Shown: one piece after another, positions 19,233-29,307 of the stretch | How the letters are laid out: each line of letters starts with the position of its first letter | Position numbering within the stretch: the stretch's first letter is position 1 | IMG/VR virus record: IMGVR_UViG_3300010396_000003 | Coordinates: 1 to 64,000 of that record | Reading direction: 5' to 3' (one strand) | Source: a virus | Lineage: Duplodnaviria > Heunggongvirae > Uroviricota > Caudoviricetes | Length of the DNA stretch: 64,000 nt | The notes under the pieces: generated by a model | The model's database searches: none | What the model was told of the DNA's origin: nothing | Seen by the model: the letters and a program-made list of their open reading frames with translations, nothing else | Translations under genes and position numbers: made by a program

Positions 19233-19700
19233 TTAAATCCACCTGCGCAATCTAAAAAACCTGCGTTTTCTTCCCTTTAAAAATCCTTCATTGGTACCAT
19301 GCGATCCGGTAACGCCGATTCCTTTTACGGTATGAATAACAAAATTCGGCCAGTCTACAACGATTGCTCCGTGCGTATAACTCCAAGCTACTTTATAGAG
19401 AACGAAATCTGCGGCTTTAACATCTTCCTCTTTGATCTCATCTGTAAATCTCAACATCATTTCCAGATATTGTTTATCTTCGTACCCTTTGCGCAACCAT
19501 TGCTGTGGATCCCAATATGGAAGCTTAAAATCTTCCACATAACCAGCTTCCACCGACACTCCCTTCGGCAGACCGGCGCAATCACAACCAATTCCTTTTT
19601 TGTCTTCATGATCGTGATAGGGTGTTCCAATCCACGTTTTAGAAATTTCAACCAATGCGTTACGTTCAATTATTATACGATCTTCTTTGTTTATATTCAT
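19233..19700 (-). CDS. NlpC/P60 family tail-associated cell-wall peptidase
   Basis: GTPYHDHEDKKGIGCDCAGL (catalytic Cys) and a downstream SYTHGAIVV His motif; 155 aa. Confidence 0.75.
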   Translation of the reverse strand: MNINKEDRIIIERNALVEISKTWIGTPYHDHEDKKGIGCDCAGLPKGVSVEAGYVEDFKLPYWDPQQWLRKGYEDKQYLEMMLRFTDEIKEEDVKAADFVLYKVAWSYTHGAIVVDWPNFVIHTVKGIGVTGSHGTNEGFLKGRKRRFFRLRRWI

Positions 19701-20677
19701 TATAATGCTACCGTTGGATCGGGTACGAGTGGTTGACCACCGAAGTTTGTTTGATTATTAAAACCGTTAGTACACATATAAAGTGTCTTATTGCAGCCAG
19801 CATACATCGTAAAAGTATCTCCCGTCGCCACAGGAAATGGCATTGGAGCATTAAGTAAAATTTGAGTGTTGTTATTCAGGTTTTTAATGTAACCAAAAAG
19901 ACCCTTATTCTGCCCACTTGTAAAGACAACATAGCCCTGAGTGAAGGTGATAATTCCATTCCACCACGGTGCTGTGTCGGCACCGTTCGCAAGATTTATT
20001 TGAAGTGACGAGCTCCCTGACGCTACAGAATTAAATAATTGATAAGCAGCCCGATTTAACGTACAACCAGGACTAAATAATTGAAACCTGCAACTCGTTT
20101 GAATTAAGTTTGGAGGTGTAACCAGGTTCAGTTGGTATAACATATCTGCTACTTCAAATTCCGCATGATCACGTGCTAAATCGCCAATTTTAGTAACGGT
20201 CCCCAAAAAAGATGTGATAACGCCGCGATTCATTCCGATTGTATAATCCTCGCCAATTCCCCAGTAAAACGTGTAGACAGCTACCGTGGCCGCATCGAAG
20301 AGGCCAGAGGCGATAGTTTTCATAAGTGGAAATTCGGTTCCAGGATAAAATACAGTCGGCATCGCATTGGGATCGACACTGACTGTAAGAGACATCGTAT
20401 TTGCTTTAGGAGTATAGGAAGATTCATATTGAATCGCGCCCCTTTGCCATATTCCATATTTTGATGGGTAATATATTCCTGAAGCTGTCGAAAACCCAAA
20501 CGGGAATCCACCAAACGGACCAGAACCAAATCCAATGCCGGTCGTACTAACCGGGATCTGAGCAGTTGTCGCCGGTATAACCTCACCGTTGGCTAATACG
20601 ATAGCAAAGCAATCTGCTTTATTAACTGCCGTCGCGTTTTGTAACCATGTAATTAAAGAAGCTGGAAGATTCTTCAT
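19700..20677 (-). CDS. tail protein (DUF2163/BR0599-like position)
   Basis: 325-aa protein between the distal tail proteins and NlpC/P60, matching GTA-like tail synteny. Confidence 0.4.
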   Translation of the reverse strand: MKNLPASLITWLQNATAVNKADCFAIVLANGEVIPATTAQIPVSTTGIGFGSGPFGGFPFGFSTASGIYYPSKYGIWQRGAIQYESSYTPKANTMSLTVSVDPNAMPTVFYPGTEFPLMKTIASGLFDAATVAVYTFYWGIGEDYTIGMNRGVITSFLGTVTKIGDLARDHAEFEVADMLYQLNLVTPPNLIQTSCRFQLFSPGCTLNRAAYQLFNSVASGSSSLQINLANGADTAPWWNGIITFTQGYVVFTSGQNKGLFGYIKNLNNNTQILLNAPMPFPVATGDTFTMYAGCNKTLYMCTNGFNNQTNFGGQPLVPDPTVAL

Positions 20678-20684
20678 TTAAATC

Positions 20685-22232
20685 CTAATTAGCCAAAATA
20701 GGTAACACTTGTAAGGTGGAGGTGGTAAATCCCTGTGGGTCGTTTTTTAGAATTAGTGCGCCTGATGTTCCATTCGTCGAACAACGAAGAGTGAAGGTTA
20801 TATTAGCTCCAGCCGAATAAGTTACAGTGGAAAAACCTCCACCACCGCCGTTTTGGGTACCAACTGTGGTTGTACTCAAATTAGATGTGTGCGATAGTGC
20901 AAAATTATTAGTTCCGTCAGATACTGCGCAACTAACCTGTTGAAACGAAGCATTGTTAACTTCCACCGGCATCCAGTATCTAACATCAGCACGATATGGC
21001 CCCCCAGTGCCTGGAAATGTAACTCCGACACTAAGGATCGTTGTCGTACCGCTAATCGTCACGTTACTGGCAAGAGTTGCGGAGGCTAGTGTGGGTGTAT
21101 AACCAGCTCCTGTATTCGTCACTGTTTGATTGGGCCAAGTTCCTGTGACAGAAATTCCAGTTCCCGCTACCAAACCTGGGCTCGCTGTTCCCGTGCCACC
21201 GTTGGCTACGGATACGGGCGTCGACAATGCCACCGTTTGGTTTGGAAACGATCCTGAGACTCCGATACCAGTTCCCGCAACTAATGACGGAGACGCTGTG
21301 CCGGTTCCACCGTTTGCCACAGAAACTGGCGTAGAGAGTGCCACCGTTTGGTTTGGAAACGATCCGCTTAGCGATATTCCGGTTCCCGCCACCAAGGAAG
21401 GCGTCGCTGTGCCGGTTCCACCATTTGCCACAGAAACTGGCGTAGAGAGCGCCACCGTTTGGTTCGGAAACAATCCTGAGACCACGATTCCCGTTCCACC
21501 AACCAAACTTGGAGACGCTGTGCCCGTGCCGCCATTCGCCACGGATACAGGAGTAGATAAAGAAACGGTCTGATTTGGAAACGATCCGCTTACGCCGATT
21601 CCAGTGCCAGCCACCAGAGCCGGAGATGCTGTTCCGGTCCCACCGTAAGCAACGGCAAGAGGTGAAGAAAGAGTTAGAGACGTAAAAGAAGGCGATGCGA
21701 CCACCGCAACCGTCTGCGTCGGCCACGATCCCGTTACGGAGATATTCGAACCGGCGACAATCCCGCCACTACTTCCGCCAGCAGTACCGCGAGAAAGCTC
21801 AATCCATATAGAACCCTTAAGAAGTAATTCAAGACTAAATGCCGTCGAGCAATTAAACGTGCCGTTAAGCGAAAGATTCGTGCCACTACTTAGAGTTGTA
21901 TTCGTGTCGCCACACAGAAAGTGGATTACTTGCCCTTGAAAGCCGCCCGTAAAATTCGTGATCGCCGTAGCACCTGTATTCGCTGTAACCCAATTTGAAT
22001 AATTTGCAACCGATGGCGTCGGCGAATTGACAGTCAGTGTAGAAAATCCGCCGATAAGCGTATCCAACAGATTGTTGAAGTTATATTGCAGACACGCTCC
22101 CCAATTCGTCGTCGCCTGGAGAACCGGAACTTCAAACCCTACGTTCGTGGAACTGGTACACGTCTGTTGTGCTGACGCGCGCCCCGCACCGAATAAGAGC
22201 GCTAAAATAAAAATGAACATAAATTTCTTCAT
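20685..22232 (-). CDS. tandem-repeat beta-rich protein with Sec signal peptide (tail fibre/adhesin-like)
   Basis: Start reassigned to MKKFMFIFILALLFGAGRASA (GAGGA RBS 7 nt upstream; the supplied ORF extends to 22316). Five copies of a 37-aa repeat ALSTPVSVANGGTGTASPSLVAGTGIGVSGSFPNQTV. Confidence 0.5.
   Translation of the reverse strand: MKKFMFIFILALLFGAGRASAQQTCTSSTNVGFEVPVLQATTNWGACLQYNFNNLLDTLIGGFSTLTVNSPTPSVANYSNWVTANTGATAITNFTGGFQGQVIHFLCGDTNTTLSSGTNLSLNGTFNCSTAFSLELLLKGSIWIELSRGTAGGSSGGIVAGSNISVTGSWPTQTVAVVASPSFTSLTLSSPLAVAYGGTGTASPALVAGTGIGVSGSFPNQTVSLSTPVSVANGGTGTASPSLVGGTGIVVSGLFPNQTVALSTPVSVANGGTGTATPSLVAGTGISLSGSFPNQTVALSTPVSVANGGTGTASPSLVAGTGIGVSGSFPNQTVALSTPVSVANGGTGTASPGLVAGTGISVTGTWPNQTVTNTGAGYTPTLASATLASNVTISGTTTILSVGVTFPGTGGPYRADVRYWMPVEVNNASFQQVSCAVSDGTNNFALSHTSNLSTTTVGTQNGGGGGFSTVTYSAGANITFTLRCSTNGTSGALILKNDPQGFTTSTLQVLPILAN
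21130..21705 (-). repeat. five tandem 111-nt direct repeats inside gene 20685-22232
   Basis: Visible as near-identical DNA blocks. They generate the spurious alternate-frame ORFs 21064-21726 and 21130-21573. Confidence 0.7.
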
Positions 22233-22240
22233 TATTATCC

Positions 22241-23383
22241 TCATAGCAGAATAGACCTGAAAGTAACCTTGGAAATACTCCATAACTGATAAAGGGATTG
22301 TTCGGTTCCGTCCCAAGAATCAGTATTAAACCTGCAACGCTGATAGAACGTAAAATCAGCGGTGATTGGTTGTGCTGCCGGTGGCGCCCCGGCAAAAGTT
22401 ATAAGACCGTTAGGAAAAGATTGATCTGTCGTCGTCTGATTATAACCACTAGGGGAAGACCAACGTTCTAATTGCGCGCCCCAAGATTGAACGGTGACAG
22501 CCGAAGAAGCAGGTGGCTGTCTAATCATTCCAGTCATAATAGAATTTGGGAAACTATCTGTTGTCATTGTCACACTAAACCGCGACCATATACCAGAAAG
22601 ATTACATACGACTACGGATGATTGCGCAAATAAATCCCCTATCTGTATTTCAACGTTTGCTGTTCCGGATGCCACTCGAAGCCAAATTGAAAACGTATAC
22701 GTGGTATTCGATTCACTTGAAGTTGATTGGTAAATATAAGATGTCTGTGAACCACTTGTAGAAGGAAAAGAAATTGTAGCTGCGGTTGTAGTTCCATTTG
22801 GAGCTACGGCCGCATTATTTGTAACAACCGGATTAGAAGATGAACCTGTATTTCCAAGAATCCATACAGCAGGATTATCAAAAACTTCCGAATAAAGAAA
22901 AAGATTTTCTACTCCAAGATTCCATTGTTGTCCGGATGTTTGCGGCGCTTGGGGTATCGAGATACCGTTAATATAAACATTTGATGGGAATCCAAACTGA
23001 ATTAAATCTTGCATCCCATAACTGGTATTACGGACAAGTTGAAATTGACGATTTGAGCCGTCGCCGTAACCCAGAAGCTGACCGATACAACTTGAATCGT
23101 AAGGATCCTGGTATAGCCAGCTATTTGCCGCTCCTTGCATTTTTCCAAAAAATCCGACCAACTTCTGTATCGCCGAACTCGTTTGTGATGCCGTCCAATC
23201 GCCTTTAGCGTAAGGAATATCGACTTCATACATCCAAATCGGGAATTGCATTAGAGCAATACGGACTTCACCGCGCTCGTCGGATGGTGTTTGAACGAGC
23301 GATTTATAGACAGGATATTTTTTCACGGGAAAGGCAAGTGCCCAATTCCCTGGATCCTGTGAAGGGAAGATTATATTGCTCAT
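22241..23383 (-). CDS. distal tail protein (Dit/gp12-like position)
   Basis: 380-aa protein immediately after the tape measure gene (ATGA overlap). Confidence 0.4.
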   Translation of the reverse strand: MSNIIFPSQDPGNWALAFPVKKYPVYKSLVQTPSDERGEVRIALMQFPIWMYEVDIPYAKGDWTASQTSSAIQKLVGFFGKMQGAANSWLYQDPYDSSCIGQLLGYGDGSNRQFQLVRNTSYGMQDLIQFGFPSNVYINGISIPQAPQTSGQQWNLGVENLFLYSEVFDNPAVWILGNTGSSSNPVVTNNAAVAPNGTTTAATISFPSTSGSQTSYIYQSTSSESNTTYTFSIWLRVASGTANVEIQIGDLFAQSSVVVCNLSGIWSRFSVTMTTDSFPNSIMTGMIRQPPASSAVTVQSWGAQLERWSSPSGYNQTTTDQSFPNGLITFAGAPPAAQPITADFTFYQRCRFNTDSWDGTEQSLYQLWSISKVTFRSILL

Positions 23384-26289
23384 GCTGCGTTCCTCTTTCT
23401 CATTTCTGTCATAACCAAGGAAGTCACCAGTTCTCCATGTTCCCTTAAAGCATCTTGCATGCCGCGCGTAGAAATCGCATTAACAGTGGGTGCGTAGTGA
23501 ATATTGACCGATGGACCACCGTTTCCATTTGTTGCTGCCGTTTGAATAAAATTAGCCACCTTAGGCGGTAAAACCATTTCACCAGCGTGAACAACGGCCG
23601 GCACAGCGTTTCCACTAACTCCCGGAACAATTCCCCCTTTATCGAAAGCGAGGGCTGCGGCAAAGACGATCGGTGCCACAATCAAGTCCAGTGGGAATGG
23701 AACGGAAGTCATTGCCTTGGCGGCGGCAGTTCTAGCTGCACTAAATTTCATTTCCACATCGTCTGCTAAAGATTGGGCCTTTTGTTGTTTACTGAGCGTG
23801 GTAGAAATTACATATTTCTTGATCTCGGCTCCGATCCATGCTTCAGCCATCTTCATAACGGAAGTTATGAAAGAAGTGGCAAGAGACGTCCAAGCCTGTT
23901 GCATCGTGCGGGCAAAAGACTGTCCATGTTCAAGCATTTTTATAAAGCCAGAATTAAAACTATCTACGCCCTGGGTAAGGGCATCTTTCATGGCATCCTG
24001 AATACCCTTCCAACTAATAATCATATCCTTTGAATTTCGGTCCATCTGGACTGCTAGTTTTTCCAAATCTAGCCTTAGACTTGTTATTGTCGCCTGATAC
24101 TTCTTAACGTCGGCTTCATCCTGCTCACCCAAGAATGGCTTGTTCTCAATTGCCTGCATCTTTGAGGTCAGATCCTGAATTGTTTGAGAGATCTGCGCCA
24201 TCGCCTCTTGCGTTTTTTCCATGCGGTCATACTCGGCAAATGGACCCTTACCTCGATCTCCAGAACGGGAGATAGCCATAGCCTGTGCTTCTTGTCGCTT
24301 CGCTTCGGCAATATTATTGTCAGTTTGCTGTTTGGCATCGCGATCTTGGATCGCCATGCGTTCACGCTCACCACGCATAAATACAGCGTCGATTTCCTTC
24401 GAGGCTTTTTCTGATTGTGCAGCCAGATCAGCATAATATTTCTGCCAATTAGTTCCCATCGAAGGATGTTCGTGATTCATCTTTTCAATGGCATTACGAT
24501 AAAATGTCGTTAAGCGTTCTGTGCTGTTCTTGTACTGATCTGCCGCACCTTTTGTCGTATAGGCTTCCGCTACCTTCGGCTCTTGTCCCAACTCAATGCG
24601 CATTGCCTGGATACCTAGGGTGGTTTGGCTAATCATATCCAGTGCTGGCTGAAACTTTGCGCGTACTTGATCCGGAGTCCAACCGCCGGACAGAACATTA
24701 CCAGGTCCGGGTGCTAATATTTTTGTTTGTCTAGCAATCTCGTCATCATAATTTTTCTTTTGTGCAGACGCCACATTACCGAGATCCTTTAACTTCTGAT
24801 TAGCTACTTCTCTCGCCGATGTGACTGCTTTTTGATCAGCATCAAGTTGTTGCTTTGAAACATTTTGCTCCTTATCCAAAATCTGCTGTGCTTCTGCTTC
24901 TCGAAACTTATTCATTGCTTCGAGTGCGTCTTGAACCGGTCCTTTGAGAGCAGTAGTAAATTGATTTGTATTTGCTGCACCGCTCCAAAATTGCTGCCAG
25001 TAACCGATATTCTTTTGTTCAAGAAGTTTTCCAAGTTCATCAATACTTTTGGCAATTTCATCATTCATCTGCATGATTTTGAGACGTGCCTCATCGGCAG
25101 CCTCGGCTGGACCATTCATGCTTGGAAGTTTATAGAGTTTGTCGGTTTCCTCTGCGAGTTTTGTTTCCTCTTCGTAAACTTGAGCCGTCTGTTTTACGGC
25201 ATTTTCTGCCCAGTTGCCATACTCATAGCTGAGTTGCTGTACGGCATCCTTCATCTTTGAAATTTTCTCGATAGCTTGGGCGATAATCTGAATAAAGGCA
25301 ACGATAGCAAATACGGCAAATGCGCTGGCAAGTATTGGCGCCAAGCTATCGGAGATAGCACCAAGGCGGGCAAAGGCAAAACCTAACTGTCCAACACCAG
25401 CTTCATAAGCAGCGATACGACCGCTGGAATAAGCAAATGCGCGTGTCAACGATCCGATCTTAGTTTCGGCGTCGGCAGCACCGGCCGCGGCTTCGGTTTC
25501 CTCCGCAATGCCAAGTTCACGCATGGCGATAGCTACGTCGTCGGCAGAAAATCCCTGATTTCTTAGTGCCGACGCGAGATCATTAGAAGCAATACCACTA
25601 TCCAGAAAACTTTTACCCATCCTTGAAGCATTGGTGGATAATTGCGCAGAAGCTGTAGTTGCCGCTTGATTTGCTGCTGTAACATCTCGCGTAGCCGTTG
25701 CATTTTTGGCTATGGCTATGCCAGATTGATAGAGCGCGGCTAATTCCTCATCGGTCACCGCTGCGTTTCGTGCTGTAGCGGCCGCGGCATCCGATGTTGC
25801 AGCCGCAGCAGCCGATTGAGCTGCCGTTTGAGCTTGGGCAGATTCAGCTACTTGGGCTTGCCCAGCTGCCGCTTCAGATAGCGAAGCCTTATATTCTGCC
25901 ATTGAGGCTGTTAACTGTTTTTGGATAAGTGCTTGAGCGGAAAGTTCTGCAGAATACTGTTTGACGAGCGATGCTCCGACCTCTTCGGCACCGCCAGCCT
26001 CAATAATCATCGACTCCGTTTCTTTAAGACCGGCGCTGACTTGGGCAAGAGCGGTTTTTAAGTTTAAAACTTCGGTTGCGTGCGCCTTTACCTGCGGAGA
26101 TGCAGATGTAAACGCACTAGCCGCAGATATAGCTCCGGCCGCCATATCTTTTGCCGAAGCATTATTTTTCATAAACGCTTCGGTCATACTGTTGATGCCG
26201 CCAGTGATTGATTTGGCGGCATCAACTAGTTTCCCGGTCTGCCCAGTATCAACCTCAATACCAATTCGAATTGGATTATTGCTGCTCAT
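23380..26289 (-). CDS. tail tape measure protein
   Basis: 969 aa, Ala/Gln/Glu-rich extended coiled coil with hydrophobic segments, preceded by two small chaperone-like ORFs and followed by distal tail genes. Confidence 0.7.
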   Translation of the reverse strand: MSSNNPIRIGIEVDTGQTGKLVDAAKSITGGINSMTEAFMKNNASAKDMAAGAISAASAFTSASPQVKAHATEVLNLKTALAQVSAGLKETESMIIEAGGAEEVGASLVKQYSAELSAQALIQKQLTASMAEYKASLSEAAAGQAQVAESAQAQTAAQSAAAAATSDAAAATARNAAVTDEELAALYQSGIAIAKNATATRDVTAANQAATTASAQLSTNASRMGKSFLDSGIASNDLASALRNQGFSADDVAIAMRELGIAEETEAAAGAADAETKIGSLTRAFAYSSGRIAAYEAGVGQLGFAFARLGAISDSLAPILASAFAVFAIVAFIQIIAQAIEKISKMKDAVQQLSYEYGNWAENAVKQTAQVYEEETKLAEETDKLYKLPSMNGPAEAADEARLKIMQMNDEIAKSIDELGKLLEQKNIGYWQQFWSGAANTNQFTTALKGPVQDALEAMNKFREAEAQQILDKEQNVSKQQLDADQKAVTSAREVANQKLKDLGNVASAQKKNYDDEIARQTKILAPGPGNVLSGGWTPDQVRAKFQPALDMISQTTLGIQAMRIELGQEPKVAEAYTTKGAADQYKNSTERLTTFYRNAIEKMNHEHPSMGTNWQKYYADLAAQSEKASKEIDAVFMRGERERMAIQDRDAKQQTDNNIAEAKRQEAQAMAISRSGDRGKGPFAEYDRMEKTQEAMAQISQTIQDLTSKMQAIENKPFLGEQDEADVKKYQATITSLRLDLEKLAVQMDRNSKDMIISWKGIQDAMKDALTQGVDSFNSGFIKMLEHGQSFARTMQQAWTSLATSFITSVMKMAEAWIGAEIKKYVISTTLSKQQKAQSLADDVEMKFSAARTAAAKAMTSVPFPLDLIVAPIVFAAALAFDKGGIVPGVSGNAVPAVVHAGEMVLPPKVANFIQTAATNGNGGPSVNIHYAPTVNAISTRGMQDALREHGELVTSLVMTEMRKRNAA

Positions 26290-26611
26290 TTACCTTTGTT
26301 GGATCCAATGCATTCTTCTTGGCGCGCTCAATTGCCGCCTGTACGTGTGGCGGCGCACAGTCGCGATGTTTTGATCTACCGCCAAATTCAGGCATTTGCG
26401 CCATCGGATGCTTGCCCATGTTCATTTGAAGTTTTTCGTTTGTTTTTCTTTCTTCCATACGTTCCGCCTTTCTTTCTGGTCCTGAATATCCACAAAATCC
26501 TCGGAGCAAAAGGTGCTGTGGTGGAAACTCCATCCAGTATTCCAGTAGTTCTATAACGACCGGAAAGTCTTCTCGTCCTACTTGCTCCGATGTCCAGTGA
26601 AGCTCTGTCAT
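26276..26611 (-). CDS. putative tail assembly chaperone (GT-like position)
   Basis: 111-aa ORF directly upstream of the TMP. Confidence 0.3.
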   Translation of the reverse strand: MTELHWTSEQVGREDFPVVIELLEYWMEFPPQHLLLRGFCGYSGPERKAERMEERKTNEKLQMNMGKHPMAQMPEFGGRSKHRDCAPPHVQAAIERAKKNALDPTKVNEQQ

Positions 26612-26625
26612 AAGGCGACAGCGAA

Positions 26626-26994
26626 CTAATTTAAAGTCGAATTCGCCGTCGCCTGATCTTCCCCCGGCTTGCTCGGAAATCCGCTCATTTCCATAAAATC
26701 GGTAAATAATTTTTGGATGAAAACCATGTCGAGCTCTTTAGTAAGCTTTTCTGGCGTCCATTCTTCTTTGCCAATAGCTTTATTGAGCGATAAGCACACA
26801 TAACGGAACGTGCGCGCCGCCCACTCTTCGTTGCCTGGTGCAGGCTCACGACCCACCATTTCTTTGCTCTCTTTAATAAATTCTTCGGCTTGATCAAAAG
26901 AAAGAGGAGAGATATTCAACGTACAACCATCCATCGTTACAGAACGAATTCTTGGCATAGGTGACCTTTGATTGGATTTTGACGCCGGCATCAC
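26626..26994 (-). CDS. putative tail assembly chaperone (G-like position)
   Basis: 122-aa acidic ORF upstream of the TMP. No frameshift slippery site verified. Confidence 0.3.
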   Translation of the reverse strand: MMPASKSNQRSPMPRIRSVTMDGCTLNISPLSFDQAEEFIKESKEMVGREPAPGNEEWAARTFRYVCLSLNKAIGKEEWTPEKLTKELDMVFIQKLFTDFMEMSGFPSKPGEDQATANSTLN

Positions 26995-27118
26995 TGTGGT
27001 GCCGCACTACTGAAGAAACTGAGGATTTTGGCGGGCACTCGATACGGCGATTGAGTGCCCGCGCTAAGGGAGAAGCCAGAAAATGGCTGAGCCTAAACTA
27101 GACGAATGCTTTCTACTG

Positions 27119-27343
27119 TCAAGTAGTTTCTGTATGCGCTTCCGGACTCATACCCTTCGGAAAAAGAATGGCTCCATCCACATGACGATGAGGAGGAAAC
27201 TCGTCTATCAGCATTTCGAGCTTATCGATAAAACGAACAACCTTGGTATAAAATTTCAAGGCTGCGAAACCGAATCCCAGGATCGTCAGAAGATTGCCTA
27301 GGGTAATGGTTCCGTCCCATTTGAACCACGCTGGATTAACCAT
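27119..27343 (-). CDS. small membrane protein
   Basis: 74 aa with one TM segment (LGNLLTILGFGFAALKFY). Confidence 0.3.
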   Translation of the reverse strand: MVNPAWFKWDGTITLGNLLTILGFGFAALKFYTKVVRFIDKLEMLIDEFPPHRHVDGAILFPKGMSPEAHTETT

Positions 27344-27363
27344 TTTTCTGACCCTTACGTTAA

Positions 27364-28131
27364 TTAGTCTTCGTAGAATTCTCCGATGTAGCCAGCAGAA
27401 TTTGCGAACGCCTGACCTTCCAAATCGGAGATTTCATAATCCGCGCGCTTCAAGGGAGCCGTAAGCTTTCCACACTTGCAAGCATAGAGATCGAGATAGT
27501 TCGGAATGCCCGCGGTCAATTCCTGGTACGGCTGCGAAAGCACCATTTCGAACGTTGGACCCCAGCCCTGAACGTGGTTCTGAACGACGAGAACGCGGCC
27601 GCTGGCAATGCCATAGCGATAGGAAATCAACACGCTCTGGTTATTGTCGCCAACGTTGAACCCATAGACACCGGCAGATACGTTGTACTGCCCCGCGGAC
27701 GGAGGACCTGTTACCTTCTGGAAGTTCTGGAGGGTCGAGCCGTAGGTCACACCCATATCTTGGGTGAATGTCGCTGAGTGTGTAACCGTGTAAGACACGG
27801 AGTTGAGCGTTGTTTGTTCCTGAACCTGAGGAACGCCCGAACCTGGTCCGCCCGAGTTGTGCGAACCGGTTGAAATGTTGTCGCCGAAATAGATGTTGTT
27901 CCAAACGTCAATCGAAAAGCGTCCGTAGCCGGCTTTCCAGGTGATCTTCTTATCGGAAATAGCCGTGTCGTCCGGGAACTGGTTCTGACCGCGCAATTCC
28001 TTAATCGTCGCGTCAATCGTGATATCCACGTCCTGCAACGTCGCAAACCATTCTGGCGTTCCCGTATATACGCCGCCAGAGAAACCCACAGGGAGGGCAA
28101 AAAGCTGCCCTGAACCAAACATTATGCGCAT
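27364..28131 (-). CDS. major tail protein candidate
   Basis: 255-aa beta-rich protein in the conserved slot between head-tail joining genes and the chaperone/TMP genes. Confidence 0.4.
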   Translation of the reverse strand: MRIMFGSGQLFALPVGFSGGVYTGTPEWFATLQDVDITIDATIKELRGQNQFPDDTAISDKKITWKAGYGRFSIDVWNNIYFGDNISTGSHNSGGPGSGVPQVQEQTTLNSVSYTVTHSATFTQDMGVTYGSTLQNFQKVTGPPSAGQYNVSAGVYGFNVGDNNQSVLISYRYGIASGRVLVVQNHVQGWGPTFEMVLSQPYQELTAGIPNYLDLYACKCGKLTAPLKRADYEISDLEGQAFANSAGYIGEFYED

Positions 28132-28339
28132 GCCGATACCTCCAAAAGCATCAAAACGACGTTACGAACCAAAACGAACCAATGCTAGGGAAATTTTGTC
28201 CAGATTCCTACCAGCCTGCCATCTCGCCCGTGACTACATGCCCTAGCTCTGCGCTTAAGGGCGGGTCTAGGAAGTATCAGCTTCCGTTAGGAGGGGCGCC
28301 GATCCCGGGACAAGACCAAGCACCCGTTGCTGGAAGAAA

Positions 28340-28825
28340 TTAAACGCCAGTTTCTACGGCAATCCTCCATGCCACCACGATGTTTTCGTCATCAATCTCA
28401 CGTCCCCACTCAGAACCGCCCTCGAGACTTACTTTGGTTACGAGGCCACCTAGGGTTTGCGCCTGGCCTCTTTGTAGAATTTGCCCATTAATCGTGCTTT
28501 GTAATACCACGTCGATCGCGTCGGCAACATAATTGATGGTTGTTTCGGCGGTAGTATTGTCCTGCTGTTCCGATGCGAGATCCGCACGTAGATATAGCCA
28601 GAGGTTATAGTGGATTATGTATTTTGTCAGACCCAGTGCGCTCTGTGAAAATTCTTCCGTTGCAGGACCGCCCTTAAATAGGCATAGCCATGGAATTTGA
28701 GCGGTTGGAACTTCGGTCCATATCTTTGGAACTCTAGTTATCGTGTTACAGAGCTGAGCCAATTGCGGGTTATTGGTCAACAATTGAAAGAGCGCAGTAG
28801 AAATCTGTTCTCGGGATACGTTCAT
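28340..28825 (-). CDS. tail completion/terminator-like protein
   Basis: 161-aa ORF; call is by position only. Confidence 0.3.
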   Translation of the reverse strand: MNVSREQISTALFQLLTNNPQLAQLCNTITRVPKIWTEVPTAQIPWLCLFKGGPATEEFSQSALGLTKYIIHYNLWLYLRADLASEQQDNTTAETTINYVADAIDVVLQSTINGQILQRGQAQTLGGLVTKVSLEGGSEWGREIDDENIVVAWRIAVETGV

Positions 28826-29307
28826 TCTTGGATCACCTTGTTGACGCTAGCTTCCAATTCAGTCTTTATCTTCGGGAAATTCTCTTCTTCGGATGGCGAC
28901 ATAAATGGTCGCTTAATTACTGGAGGGTGATGAACCATTTGCGCGTACACGAGCTTTCCGTCAACGAGAAATTGCAGAGCTCTCTTCTTCACAGGAACAA
29001 CATCAAATGCGCGCGTACCGCCGTATTCATGGTAACGACCATAGAATGAGTTGTTGGTTCCCGCGGCTGTCACCGTGCCTATAATTTTTGGTCCGGCAAC
29101 CTCTATTGGTAATGGACGCACGCTGTTTTTTAGATTACTGGTTTGTGTTTTTAAGACCTGCCCGGAAAGCTTTTCCTCGCGTACATATGTCGCGAGTTGT
29201 CCCATTAAACCTTCAAGTTTTGTGAAGATAACTGATACGATACGCGGTCCCTTATTACGCATCGTTTCAATGAATTGAGGATTAGATTTAAACGTAATCG
29301 TAATCAT
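28822..29307 (-). CDS. head-tail joining protein candidate
   Basis: 161-aa ORF overlapping its neighbours by 4 nt. Confidence 0.3.
   Translation of the reverse strand: MITITFKSNPQFIETMRNKGPRIVSVIFTKLEGLMGQLATYVREEKLSGQVLKTQTSNLKNSVRPLPIEVAGPKIIGTVTAAGTNNSFYGRYHEYGGTRAFDVVPVKKRALQFLVDGKLVYAQMVHHPPVIKRPFMSPSEEENFPKIKTELEASVNKVIQE

Noticed and set aside
21064-21726. ORFs 21064-21726 (minus strand) and 21130-21573 (plus strand), 220 and 147 aa
   Set aside because: Alternate-frame artefacts generated by the 111-nt tandem repeats inside gene 20685-22232; their sequences are repetitive and low-complexity.
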